This document shows, one piece after another, positions 20,609 through 30,398 of a stretch of 64,000 nt of DNA. Every line of letters starts with the position of its first letter. The first letter of the stretch is position 1. The translations under genes were made by a program, and so were the position numbers. The DNA comes from Thermoplasmata archaeon. Its GTDB lineage: Archaea > Thermoplasmatota > Thermoplasmata > Lutacidiplasmatales > UBA184. The notes under the pieces were generated by a model. That model was not told the origin of the DNA and ran no database searches. It saw nothing but the letters and a program-made list of their open reading frames with translations. The DNA is taken from NCBI GenBank assembly GCA_022749815.1, contig JAKIWV010000001.1, positions 452,124-516,123 on the forward strand. Direction: 5' to 3'.

Positions 20609-21208
20609 TTGCCTTTCCCGAGAACTCTAGTTGCACACATGATCCTGACGCTCGACGGCGTCGCAAAGTTTGACTCGGTTCGTGCGGCGATCATGGAGAG
20701 TATAGATGAACAAGTCGAGAGAGACTCCGCCTCGAAGATTGCGGATGAAGATGCGATGCTCCTGGGACGGAAGACCTACGAAGAGTGGCTTCACTTTTGG
20801 CCCGATTCGGATATCGAGCCATTTGCGAGCCACATCAACGGGGTTCCAAAGTATGTGGTGTCAAGGACCTTGAAGTCGGTCACTTGGCCCACGAAAGGTG
20901 AGGCGCACCTCCTTAGCGGCGATCTGCGAGACGACGTCTTAGCCCTTAAGAATCAACCCGGCAGAAACATTGGAGTGCACGGCAGCCCCACGCTTGTCGG
21001 GTCACTGATTAAAGCGAATGTTCTCGACCTTTTGCGCCTCGCAGTCTTCCCCGTCGTAGCGGGGAGGGGCGCGCGGCTATTCGAGGACGGCTTCCCACCC
21101 GAACGGTTCCAACTTGTCGATTCATTGACGAGCAAGAGCGGGGTGGCGGTACTTACGTACAAGCCCCTCGGACGGCTCGAGCACGACGATTCGAAGACGG
21201 TGAGCTGA
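20609..21208 (+). CDS. dihydrofolate reductase-like (RibD C-terminal) protein
   Basis: TLDGV, LLGRKTYE, PKYVVSRTL, HGSPTL, FPVVAGRGARLF. Confidence 0.88.
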   Translation: MPFPRTLVAHMILTLDGVAKFDSVRAAIMESIDEQVERDSASKIADEDAMLLGRKTYEEWLHFWPDSDIEPFASHINGVPKYVVSRTLKSVTWPTKGEAHLLSGDLRDDVLALKNQPGRNIGVHGSPTLVGSLIKANVLDLLRLAVFPVVAGRGARLFEDGFPPERFQLVDSLTSKSGVAVLTYKPLGRLEHDDSKTVS

Positions 21209-21309
21209 GTCCTTCAGGTCCGAGTGTTTAGAGCGTGACCGTGGGTTTGAATCGGGACACGCGCGGTCGAGGACCGACCGCGATGAGCTTCCGGGTCTTG
21301 TGAAGAGTG

Positions 21310-21525
21310 GCGCGGCGCCACGCGACCTCAGCAAACCTACCCCTTTCGCGCTCGCCCGCTCGCGACTGACCTTCGAAGGCTCGAGGGTCAATTCGCGCTC
21401 ATACTCTCCGATCGCCGCGAGGACATTCCGCGCGAGCCGGCCCCATGGGGTCGAGGTATCCAGCCGTTGGTTGGTAACGACTACCCGGATTCCTTTCGCC
21501 GGGGCCCGCTGGAGTAAGGCGCGCG
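21310..21525 (-). pseudogene. serine recombinase (resolvase/invertase) remnant
   Basis: Manual translation KGIRVVVTNQRLDTSTPWGRLARNVLAAIGEYERELTLE...ASAKGV matches the resolvase DT-x-TP-x-GR...A-EFER helix; no catalytic N-terminus found. Confidence 0.75.
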
Positions 21526-21642
21526 GTCGAGGGTTGCGAGTGGCGGCGGTCTTCGATTGGCGCTTTTTCGAGGACTGAACCCTCCGTTTCAGAGGGGTTC
21601 ATGTAGGCGAATCTTCCAGGAGTTGCCGAGCAAGATTCGGCG

Positions 21643-22713
21643 ATGGCCCCACGTCCGTTTCCTGTGTCACCACAGATGCCGCCCCCTTCACCTCCCCCGT
21701 TCGTCAGACTCCGATCCTTCCTCCGCCATCACCCGGTCCTCTTCCTCGTCCTGCTCGCGCCGCAGGTGGAGTACCTGAGCGGGTCGTCTCAACTCTCGTA
21801 CCTGGTCGGAGTTCCCCCAATCTTCTTTCTATTCCTCGCACAGAACCTTGGTTCCTACGGTCTGGCGGTCCTCCTGATACGGGAAGCCCGAATTCGGTGG
21901 AAGTTGGGCTGGGCCTCCGTCTTGCTACTGGGCGCAGCGTACGGTCTTCTCAACGAAGGGATCGGGGCGGCGACACTTTTCAACCCCTCACAAACGATCT
22001 TCGGTGGACCCCCGGGCTACAGCCACTTGCTGGGAGTAAACTGGGTTCTCGCCACTCAGCTGGTCATCGTCGTCCATCCCCTCTTCAGCGTCTCCCTCCC
22101 GCTCGTGGAGTTCGACCTCGCTTTTCCTGAGACCCGAGGGATGAGCCTCGTCAAGATTCGCCAGGCCCATCTAGCCCTGGTCGGCCTCGCAGCGGATGGC
22201 ATCTTCACCCTCCTCCTCGTGAGCGCGTACCTGCGCCACTATTGGGTCCCCCCCGTCCTTCTCGGCATTTGCGGAGCGCTCATCGGAGCGCTGGTTCTCG
22301 CGGCGAGGCGCGCGCCGTCTCAATGGCTTCTTCCTCCGAACCCCACTCCCACGGCCCGCCCCTTGACCTTCTTCGTGCTCGGAGCGGGGTTCTACTGGGC
22401 GCTCACCATCGGGAGCGGGGTACTGATCAACACAGTCACCGTGCCCGTGCTCGTCTCAACCTTCGTGGTAGGTGCAGGTGGACTCGCCCTTTTCTGGGTC
22501 GTCCGACATGCGGGGCGGCACGAGAACGAGCTCCAGTTCACGGCCTTGGCGGCCGGACTGGTGTTCGTTTCGCTCGCACCTCAGGGCTTCATCAGTCAAC
22601 TCGGAACGGGTCTAGCGGTGGTCCCGGTGGTCGGGGGGGACCTTCTCGCCCTAGCCTTTTTCCTGTACCTCTGGAAGCGATACTCCCCGTGCTCCCGACC
22701 AGGAGGCCAGTAG
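21643..22713 (+). CDS. polytopic membrane protein
   Basis: About 10 TM; YGLAVLLIRE, LGAAYGLLNEG. Confidence 0.75.
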   Translation: MAPRPFPVSPQMPPPSPPPFVRLRSFLRHHPVLFLVLLAPQVEYLSGSSQLSYLVGVPPIFFLFLAQNLGSYGLAVLLIREARIRWKLGWASVLLLGAAYGLLNEGIGAATLFNPSQTIFGGPPGYSHLLGVNWVLATQLVIVVHPLFSVSLPLVEFDLAFPETRGMSLVKIRQAHLALVGLAADGIFTLLLVSAYLRHYWVPPVLLGICGALIGALVLAARRAPSQWLLPPNPTPTARPLTFFVLGAGFYWALTIGSGVLINTVTVPVLVSTFVVGAGGLALFWVVRHAGRHENELQFTALAAGLVFVSLAPQGFISQLGTGLAVVPVVGGDLLALAFFLYLWKRYSPCSRPGGQ

Positions 22714-22853
22714 CTGCAGCGGGCCTTGTTGCGGGGTGGGGATATCCCCGGGCGGGGCCCTCCACCTCCCTCGCGGTGATCAACAGACGCGTTTCCGGTG
22801 CCCCGTTGAGAGCGGGGGGACCGAAACCATCTGGCCGGTCCAGCGTCCAGTCG

Positions 22854-23903
22854 TTAAGAAGATCCCCCGATGAGAACTTTGGTAGCATCGACATTCAGTG
22901 GAGGATCAGCAATTTTAACGAGCTGCTTCCCGACGTTGTCCCCGGAAAAAAGGCGGGCGAGAGCCGCGGGGGCGTACTCCAGCCCCACCACGACGTCCTC
23001 CTTCGTCTTGAGCTGTCCGGAGTCCAACCACCCCTTGAGCGATGCGATCGCCTCGGGGAAACGATGGAAGTAATCTCTGCCCAGGAGCCCCTCCATTCGT
23101 CCGTTCACCATGATCAGCTGGGCGTAGTTCAACGGCCCGGGAACACGCGTGGTCGGGCGGTATCGGGCCGTGGTCCCGCAGAGCACGATCCGTCCGTGGG
23201 AGCGTAGGCGCTCCAGCGCCAGGTCCAGGATCGGCCCGCCGACATTGTCGAAGTAGATGTCGATCCCTTCTGGACAGAGTGCGTCGAGTCGAGAGGCCAC
23301 CTTCTCGCTCCGATGGTCAATGGCGCCATCGACCCTAGCTTCGCTGAGCAGCCAATCGCGCTTCTCCTTCCCGCCCGCGATCCCGATGACCCGCAGCCCC
23401 AGAATCTTGGCGACCTGCGCGGCGATCGACCCGACACCACCCGCCGCAGCAGAGACGACGAAAGTCTCGCCGGGGCGCGGTGTAGCGACCTCGGTCACTC
23501 CGAAGTACGCGACGATCCCGGTGATCCCGAGCGCACCCGCGGCCAGGTTAGGGGAGACGCCGGGAGAGACCTTGATGGCGTCCCAGTACCCCTTCCCATC
23601 GATCACGGAATAATCCTCCCAGCCGGAGGCGGCGTAGATGATGTCCCCTGGGGAGAACTGGGGGATCCTCGACTCGATGACCTGCGAGGACGCGAACCCC
23701 TCCATAAGGGTCCCCGGTGGCCTTCCGCCCGCTTCCGGTGGGGCCGTCAGACTCAGGACCTGCGTCGGGGCGACGTCAAGCCAGAGGTTCCTCACCAACA
23801 TCTGACCCTCCCCGGGCGAGGGAATCTCTGCTTGGGTCCACCGGAAATTATGGGCGCCGACCGGGCCTTCAGGCCGCTTCTCGAACAGCCATCGCCGATT
23901 CAT
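22854..23903 (-). CDS. NADP-dependent oxidoreductase (CurA/prostaglandin reductase family)
   Basis: VSAAAGGVGS, GIAGGKEK, GIDIYFDNVGG, GDNVGKQLV. Confidence 0.9.
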   Translation of the reverse strand: MNRRWLFEKRPEGPVGAHNFRWTQAEIPSPGEGQMLVRNLWLDVAPTQVLSLTAPPEAGGRPPGTLMEGFASSQVIESRIPQFSPGDIIYAASGWEDYSVIDGKGYWDAIKVSPGVSPNLAAGALGITGIVAYFGVTEVATPRPGETFVVSAAAGGVGSIAAQVAKILGLRVIGIAGGKEKRDWLLSEARVDGAIDHRSEKVASRLDALCPEGIDIYFDNVGGPILDLALERLRSHGRIVLCGTTARYRPTTRVPGPLNYAQLIMVNGRMEGLLGRDYFHRFPEAIASLKGWLDSGQLKTKEDVVVGLEYAPAALARLFSGDNVGKQLVKIADPPLNVDATKVLIGGSS

Positions 23904-24156
23904 ACTAACCGACATCACGGACCTCGAGGAGCGCCGCCATGGCACCCCGGGTGCGAACCTGAAGGGCCGTACATATACTGAATCAGTTCAGTCTCGTATC
24001 GATTGAAATCGACGGGCTGACTCCGAAATCAACACGTTTTTGCACCGCAGGCGTTCAAAACCCACCCCCCATCCCGGACGGGCATCTAGCTGGTTCATGT
24101 CCCCGACATGCGAATGGTCAATTGCCGAGGCTTCTCGGCGAGAAACCGATGAAATG

Positions 24157-24263
24157 TGTCGGAGGGGGGATTTGAACCCCCGACCCCAGGATCTCTCCAG
24201 CGACCGAGCGGGGGCTCGGGCGCTCTATGAGTCCCGTGCTCTACCCGGCTGAGCCACTCCGAC
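24157..24263 (-). tRNA. tRNA-Met (CAT) with intron at the canonical 37/38 position
   Basis: GTCGGAG acceptor, CGGGA-CT-CAT-A, ~31-nt intron, GGGGG-TTCAAAT-CCCCC T arm. Confidence 0.9.
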
Positions 24264-24308
24264 GGTGCGCCGCCCGGTCGGGAACTCCGTCGCGATCGGA
24301 GAGAGGGC

Positions 24309-25037
24309 TCACGCCGCCGGGACCACGCTCTCGTCCGCGGGGGGAGCGTCGGGAGCGGCGGGTCCGGACGGGCCAGTCTCGGCGGGCGGGGTATCCACGC
24401 CTGCGGGAGCTGCCTCGTCGGCGATCGGGCCGAGGATCTCGGACCGGCGGATCTCGATTTTTTTGAGGGGATAGAGCGTGCGGAGACCCTGGGAGAGCGT
24501 TTTGCCCAGGTCGCCCTGGAGCATCTCGCGGACAAAGTCGGCGGCCGTTCGCTTGGCCGCCTCGTCCACCAGGAGTTGTCGAAGTTTGTTTCGCAGCTCG
24601 CTGCGGAGGCGCGATTGCAGTCGATGCTCTCCCACCGCGACGGGCTTGAGCCGCATCTGGACCCCGTCCTTGGTGGTGACGAGGAGCGACGCGTCGATCT
24701 TTGAGCGCTTTCGTCGCGCGAGGCGGCGGACGTAGTCGGAGGTGAGGTCGTGGCCGATGAAACGCGTCTCGGCGACGTTCTCGCCACTGATTCGCTCGAC
24801 CTGGAATCGGAGCTTGATGTGGGCCTTCGAGATGTCTGCGCCGCCCCCGAGCTCCGAGAGCGTGACCTCGATCGTCCGACCCGCGAGCTGTTCGGGTTCG
24901 GTGGCCACGGTCTCGCCCAAGTCCACGTGCTGGAAGATCCCTGGGGCCCGGAGCTTGTACGAGCGCTTCGAGCGCCACTTGTCCTTGACGGTGCGGGCCA
25001 GGGTTGGCTTCTTCGTCGTGGACTCTTTGTCGGCCAT
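24309..25037 (-). CDS. rps3ae: 30S ribosomal protein S3Ae
   Basis: VKDKWRSKRSY, GRTIEVTL, TSDYVRRLARRKRSKID, YPLKKIEIRRSE. Confidence 0.95.
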   Translation of the reverse strand: MADKESTTKKPTLARTVKDKWRSKRSYKLRAPGIFQHVDLGETVATEPEQLAGRTIEVTLSELGGGADISKAHIKLRFQVERISGENVAETRFIGHDLTSDYVRRLARRKRSKIDASLLVTTKDGVQMRLKPVAVGEHRLQSRLRSELRNKLRQLLVDEAAKRTAADFVREMLQGDLGKTLSQGLRTLYPLKKIEIRRSEILGPIADEAAPAGVDTPPAETGPSGPAAPDAPPADESVVPAA

Positions 25038-25168
25038 CGGGGTGGGGCCGCCCACTGGGGATTCGTACTTAAATCTACTCTCTTGGGACCCCCTCCACCG
25101 GTGGCCAGTGCCGCCGGAATTTCGACCCGAGCAAAAGCTAATTAGACGCGCCCGGGCTCGGCGGCCTC

Positions 25169-26719
25169 GTGGCTGACGTGCCCTCCGCTGGCGCCCGGCC
25201 TGCTCCGTCCGTCGGCGCCCGTACCACCGCGGCGCAGCTCCGGGCGCTTGGGGCTCCGGTCCAGACCCCCAACGAGTTATTCCGGGCGGAGATTCTCCAT
25301 CGGATCGCCGAGACCCGGAAGCACGGATTCTCCCACACGGAGGCCGTGGCCGCCCTCTTCCCGCATACCGTCCTCCCCACCGAAACGTATGAGGACCTGG
25401 TGGCGGCGCTGGTCTCGGGCGCCCATCTGCTCTTTTTTGGGCCGTCGGGCGCCGGAAAGACCTCCCTGGCCAAGGAGCTCTGGGGCCTCTTCCCGAAAGA
25501 CCTCTGGGTCGTCGACGGGTGCCCCGTGGGGGACGATCCGCTCAGCCTCGTCAACCCGGACGTTGCCGAGCGGCTGCCGCCGTGCCCGATCTGCCGCCGT
25601 CGGTTCTCCCCGACCGGGGAGGTCGCCGCGTTCGACCCCGCCACCGTCGACCCGGCCAAGGTTCCTGCGGTGCGGGTGCGTCGTCGGGAGGGATACGGCT
25701 TCGCGCGACTTCAGGGTTCCAGCGAAGTGTTCCCGGATCACCTGACGGGGAACGTGAACCTGCGGAAGCTCGAGGAGATCGGGGACCCGATGAGCCCCCT
25801 CGTGCTCGAACCGGGAAAGCTGTTGCAAGCGAATCGGGGCCTCCTCCTCGTCGACGAGATCGGTAAGCTCCCTCTGGGCACGCAGAACGTGCTGCTCCAA
25901 TCGCTGCAGGAAGGAACGGTTACCCCTTCTAAGTCGCGCGAGAGTTTTCCGGCGCTGTTCGTCGCCGTGTGCACCTCGAACCTCTCCGACCTCGACAACA
26001 TCAACGACCCCCTCTCCGACCGGTTGACGAGCCTGCATGTCGGGTTCAACAAACGCCACTCCGCCAATCGCCAGATCGTCGACCGGTCGCGCGCCGAGAC
26101 GGCGGCCGGTTATGTTCCGGAGATCCTCCTCGACGCTGGGGTCCGCATGATCGAGGCGTGGCGGCTGCGGATGTCCGATGAGGATCCCGACATGGGGGAG
26201 GTCGGGTCGAACCGGACCTTGCTCGATGTGATCGCGCGGGCGGAGGCCTACGGGACCTTGGGGAGCCACCCCGTCCCTCTGCTCGAAGACCTGCGGGCGG
26301 GTCTCCTGCATGCCATGCGGGGCCGGATCCGGGCGCGCAGTGGGGACTCGTTCCAGCAGAATTCCAAGCGGGTGCAGGAGTTCCTCGACCAGCATCTGGA
26401 GCCGTCGTTGAAGGACAGTGCGAAGGTCTACTGGTGCCGCTATTTCCGGGATGTGCTCAAATCCAAAGAGGATGAGGCGCAGGGATTGATCGGGGAAGGC
26501 CGTCGCTTGCTGCCCGATGGCCCCCTCCAGACCCAGGCCCAGAACAAGGGGGACATGTTTCCTCGGTTCCACATCTTTGTGACCCACGTCCAGGAGCGGG
26601 AACACCCGCCGGCATCTCTCGGTCCCTGGCCGGCGGCGCTCGCCGAGTTCGCTCTGGTCGAGAAGTATTCCTTGTTCACGTGTGCCGAGGAGCCGACGGA
26701 TGACGGCACCGCCGGCTGA
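25169..26719 (+). CDS. AAA+ ATPase (Mg-chelatase/MoxR-like)
   Basis: GPSGAGKT, QANRGLLLVDEI, QNVLLQSLQEG, PLSDRL; CPIC insert. Confidence 0.85.
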   Translation: MADVPSAGARPAPSVGARTTAAQLRALGAPVQTPNELFRAEILHRIAETRKHGFSHTEAVAALFPHTVLPTETYEDLVAALVSGAHLLFFGPSGAGKTSLAKELWGLFPKDLWVVDGCPVGDDPLSLVNPDVAERLPPCPICRRRFSPTGEVAAFDPATVDPAKVPAVRVRRREGYGFARLQGSSEVFPDHLTGNVNLRKLEEIGDPMSPLVLEPGKLLQANRGLLLVDEIGKLPLGTQNVLLQSLQEGTVTPSKSRESFPALFVAVCTSNLSDLDNINDPLSDRLTSLHVGFNKRHSANRQIVDRSRAETAAGYVPEILLDAGVRMIEAWRLRMSDEDPDMGEVGSNRTLLDVIARAEAYGTLGSHPVPLLEDLRAGLLHAMRGRIRARSGDSFQQNSKRVQEFLDQHLEPSLKDSAKVYWCRYFRDVLKSKEDEAQGLIGEGRRLLPDGPLQTQAQNKGDMFPRFHIFVTHVQEREHPPASLGPWPAALAEFALVEKYSLFTCAEEPTDDGTAG

Positions 26720-28520
26720 AGTGGACGTCCCGCTACCGGACTGTTCGAACGTCGTAGAGGACGTCGAAAGCGACGACCTGCTGTCGGCGATCGACAGCGC
26801 GGCGGTCATCGAAGCGCTGGCCGAGCGGGGCCCCGGCGGCGTACGGGACCTGCTCCAAACGCGGGCCCCGGAGAACGTCGAGCTCGGTCGCAGGATCGCC
26901 CGCCTCCGGGAGCTGCTCAAGCGACAGGCCTCGACCCGAGTGGCCCGGGTGCTCGAAGAATACGACCGACGGACCCACACCATCGAGCTCGACCGCGCGG
27001 CCCGGGCCGACGAGCTTCGTCGGGAGATGGACGCCCTCGAGGCCCGCCTTGCGGAGGCCCGTCAGATCCACTTGGGGTCGATCCTCGGCGGTGCAGTGCT
27101 CGAGGACATCCAGCGCGCGCTGCTGCTCCCCACGGCTTCTTGGATGCAACCCCCGCCGCCTCCCAGCCTCTGGGAACGCCTCCGCGCGTTCTTCGCGAAG
27201 ATCGCCGCATTCCTCCGCAGATTGTTCGGCCGGGGCTCGCGTGCGAAATCTCCCCCGCGGAAGGAACGCACTCTTCCCATCGCGACGCTGCTTCCCGTGG
27301 GTCGGGCGCTGACCCCGTCGGAGCTCTCCGAAGCGCTGGCCCGGCTCACCCCGCGCCAGCACGAGGAGCTCGAAACCAGCGTAACGAGGGACATCTCGGA
27401 GCGCGAGCGAGCGCTCGCCCGAGAGGCGGAGGCGAAACGGAAGGAGGCCGAGACCCAACGACGTCGACTCGAGGAGGAGCGGACGGAAGCGCAGCGGAGG
27501 GCCCAACGGGACGCCGACCAGTGGGCCCGACAAGCCGAAGAGCAGCGACTCCAACGGGAACTCTCGGAACGCGGGCTCGTCTCGGAGAAGAACGGCCAGC
27601 TCTCGATCACGTACTCGCTGGTGGAACGGTTCGCGCGGCTCGTGCTCGAGGCCGAAAGCCGGGCCCTGCCCGGGGATGTCCGAATGAGCCTCAAAGGCGG
27701 CGCGTCCACCGGCGTGTACGAGAAGGCCCGACTACGGATCCCGGACGAGGTCGCCCATCTGGACATCCCGTCGTCGATCCTCGCGGCGCGACAAGCGGGG
27801 TCTCGTCACATCGATGAATCGACGAGCTATGTCTTCCGAGAGATACTCGCCGAGCGGGTCCACGTCGTTCTCGCCCTCGACAAATCCGGGAGCATGGGAG
27901 AGTCCGAGAAGCTGCCCGCAGCCAAGAAGGCGCTGCTGGCCCTCTACGTCGCGGTACGTCGTCGACACCCGGACGCCACGATCGACGTCGTGGCGTTCGA
28001 CAACGAAGTGCGTCTGTTGGACCTCCTCCAATTGTGGGAGACGCCGCCGGGGTCGTTCACGAACACCGGGGAGGCGCTGCGGACGGCCTTCCTCCTTCTT
28101 CGAGCGTCGCGCGCCAACCGAAAGGAAATGTTCCTCGTCACGGACGGCCTGCCGGAGGCGTACACCGACACCGATGGCCGGACCAAGAGCGGAAACCTCG
28201 ACCGGGCGATGGAATACGCCCTCGGACGCGCCCACGAGCTGGGCTCCGTGAAGCCGTTCCGCTTCACGATGGTCCTGATCAAGTCGGAGAACCCGGAGTA
28301 CGAAAAAGCGGCTCGGCTCTTGACGCACCAGCTGAACGGCGAGCTCGTCGTCACGGAACCGCAGCGGCTCGGGATCGAGCTGCTGGTTCGCTGGGCGAGC
28401 GGGAAGGAGCAGACCCGTCGCGCCGCTCCGGAACCCGGACGTACCCCCCGCGCGACGACTCCGCCGACCGGACCGAAGGGCGGGAAACGCCGTCGGCGGG
28501 ACCGACGAATGGGCGGCTAG
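26700..28520 (+). CDS. coiled-coil plus VWA domain protein
   Basis: MIDAS DKSGSMG, TNTGEAL, LVTDGLP. Confidence 0.85.
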   Translation: MTAPPAEVDVPLPDCSNVVEDVESDDLLSAIDSAAVIEALAERGPGGVRDLLQTRAPENVELGRRIARLRELLKRQASTRVARVLEEYDRRTHTIELDRAARADELRREMDALEARLAEARQIHLGSILGGAVLEDIQRALLLPTASWMQPPPPPSLWERLRAFFAKIAAFLRRLFGRGSRAKSPPRKERTLPIATLLPVGRALTPSELSEALARLTPRQHEELETSVTRDISERERALAREAEAKRKEAETQRRRLEEERTEAQRRAQRDADQWARQAEEQRLQRELSERGLVSEKNGQLSITYSLVERFARLVLEAESRALPGDVRMSLKGGASTGVYEKARLRIPDEVAHLDIPSSILAARQAGSRHIDESTSYVFREILAERVHVVLALDKSGSMGESEKLPAAKKALLALYVAVRRRHPDATIDVVAFDNEVRLLDLLQLWETPPGSFTNTGEALRTAFLLLRASRANRKEMFLVTDGLPEAYTDTDGRTKSGNLDRAMEYALGRAHELGSVKPFRFTMVLIKSENPEYEKAARLLTHQLNGELVVTEPQRLGIELLVRWASGKEQTRRAAPEPGRTPRATTPPTGPKGGKRRRRDRRMGG

Positions 28521-28603
28521 CGGGGCCGGGCCGGCGGGGGTTGCGACTGGAACCCTGCGCCTTTATCTCACGATTCCGTACGAACGACCGACTGGAGCGG
28601 CTC

Positions 28604-29035
28604 ATGGACACCCCTGAACAAGCCCAACTGCGAAGGCACATGGCCGAACTTCGACGCGCGACGCGGGGCCTGGGCCACGATTTCGCGATCGAGTTCGAGA
28701 CCTTGGACACAAAGATCGCTCGCCTCGGCTCCTTGACGGCCAAGGAGACGAAGTACGCGTTGATGGACATCGAGGACGATTTCTCCGCCCTCGGTCGGTC
28801 GATCGGGACCGAATTCAAGCGGCTGCCGGGGCAGGTGGCCGGGGGTCTCACGTCCGCGGGTGCCGCGATCGCGTCGGGCGCGGCCCGGGCGGGCGCGGCC
28901 ACCGCCGAGGCCCTGCTTGCGGCGGGACACGCCACGAAGGAAGGGACGAAGAACGCCCTCGCTTCGATGGCCGGCATGCGTCGGACGCCGATGAAGGAAT
29001 GGTCGAAGCCCGGGTCCGACGACCCTCCGCCGTAA
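28604..29035 (+). CDS. hypothetical Ala-rich helical protein
   Basis: ATG downstream of a TTTAT box; coding-like codon bias. Confidence 0.6.
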   Translation: MDTPEQAQLRRHMAELRRATRGLGHDFAIEFETLDTKIARLGSLTAKETKYALMDIEDDFSALGRSIGTEFKRLPGQVAGGLTSAGAAIASGAARAGAATAEALLAAGHATKEGTKNALASMAGMRRTPMKEWSKPGSDDPPP

Positions 29036-29082
29036 CGGACGCCGCCTCCCCCCGGGCACCTTTATCCCCCTCCGCGGAGCCT

Positions 29083-29102
29083 CCTCCTCCTTCCGGAGGA
29101 GG
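29083..29102 (+). promoter_or_regulatory. hairpin sequestering the arcA Shine-Dalgarno
   Basis: cctcctcc-ttcc-ggaggagg, perfect 8-bp stem. Confidence 0.45.
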
Positions 29103-29107
29103 TATCG

Positions 29108-30391
29108 ATTCCGGCCCGCGCCATCGCTGAATGGAATCCGCTCCGACGGGTGGTCGTCCGTCCCCCGCGGATGGAGGCCTTCTTCGGCTTACTGGAACCG
29201 TATGCGAGCCTCTACGAGCGCGTCTTCAGCCTCTCGCGAGCTCGGCATGAGCACGAGGAACTCGTCGACACGCTCCGGTCCGGGTTCGGCATCCACGTCG
29301 ACGACCTCGACCAGCTCCTGCTCCAGGCGGCCGGCCGACATCCGGACGTGGCGGCCGAACTCCGCGATCGCGTCGTCGACACGGTCGGCTTTACGGGGCC
29401 CGGGGCCGGCGCCGCCCGGACCCGGTTCCTCGACACCGTGAAGCGACTGGACGGAGAGCAGCTGGTCCAGATCCTTACGCTGGCCCCCTCGCTCCGTTTC
29501 GAACGCGGCCGCGGCTCCAGGTCGGTCGCCTCTTTCACGACGCTCCGAGTCCCGCTCACCAACCTGTTCTTCATGCGGGACCAGCAGGCCGTTACCGACC
29601 GCGGCATCGTCGTCGGGCGCCTCGCCAAGCCCCAACGGCGGCGCGAGACCGAGATCACGTCGTTCGTTTGGCGGGCGGCCGGCGAACCGCCGGTGGCCCA
29701 GATTGAGAAAGGGACCTTCGAGGGAGGGGATTTTCTGCCGGCGGGCAACTTCGCCCTCGTCGGGACGGGCGACCGGACCAATGCGACAGGCGTCCGGGAG
29801 CTGCTGGAACGTGGCCTCGGCTTCCCCGAGGTGGGGGTCGTCCACCAGCCCCGGCACCCCCTCCTGGACCGGCCGGACCCGATGGTGAACATGCACCTCG
29901 ACACGTACGTCAATTTCCCGGCCGAAGGGATCGCCGTCGGCCATCGGGACATGCTGTCGATCGCCCGGGTGGACGTGTACGTGCGGGATGCCCAGAGCTA
30001 CCACCTGCTCCGACAGACGACGCTCCTCCCCTACCTCGAGGCCGACCATGGGTTCCGGGTGATCCCCATCTCGACCCTGGAGCAGCTCTGCTACGCGACC
30101 AACTTTCTGACGATCCGGGACCGGACGATCGTCGTACCCGATGTGGCGCGCAACGCCGAACGGGTGCTCACGAGCCTGCGACAGGTGGCCGAACACGACC
30201 CGCGACGGTACCACCGGCTCTATCTCCGCGCAGCGAAGGAGTTCACAGACTTGCGGGCCGAGGACCGCTTCTTCCCGAAAACACCCGAGGCGCGCGCCGT
30301 GGGCCTCCAGTCCGTCGAGGTGCCTCTCGAGAACCTGACCGGTGCCTTCGGGGGCGCCCACTGCCTTACCGCAACCCTCGAACGGGCCTGA
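29108..30391 (+). CDS. arcA: arginine deiminase family protein
   Basis: AEWNPLRRVVVRPP, NLFFMRD, FEGGD, MHLDT, GGAHCLT; apparent ATT start at 29108 (first canonical start GTG 29150). Confidence 0.85.
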   Translation: MPARAIAEWNPLRRVVVRPPRMEAFFGLLEPYASLYERVFSLSRARHEHEELVDTLRSGFGIHVDDLDQLLLQAAGRHPDVAAELRDRVVDTVGFTGPGAGAARTRFLDTVKRLDGEQLVQILTLAPSLRFERGRGSRSVASFTTLRVPLTNLFFMRDQQAVTDRGIVVGRLAKPQRRRETEITSFVWRAAGEPPVAQIEKGTFEGGDFLPAGNFALVGTGDRTNATGVRELLERGLGFPEVGVVHQPRHPLLDRPDPMVNMHLDTYVNFPAEGIAVGHRDMLSIARVDVYVRDAQSYHLLRQTTLLPYLEADHGFRVIPISTLEQLCYATNFLTIRDRTIVVPDVARNAERVLTSLRQVAEHDPRRYHRLYLRAAKEFTDLRAEDRFFPKTPEARAVGLQSVEVPLENLTGAFGGAHCLTATLERA

Positions 30392-30398
30392 GGACCGG

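Larger units (their letters stand above)
19992..24168. mobile_element. mini-island 1 at tRNA-Met (RibD-C, resolvase remnant, membrane protein, oxidoreductase)
   Basis: Bounded by the tRNA 3' end and its duplicate at 19992. Confidence 0.55.
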
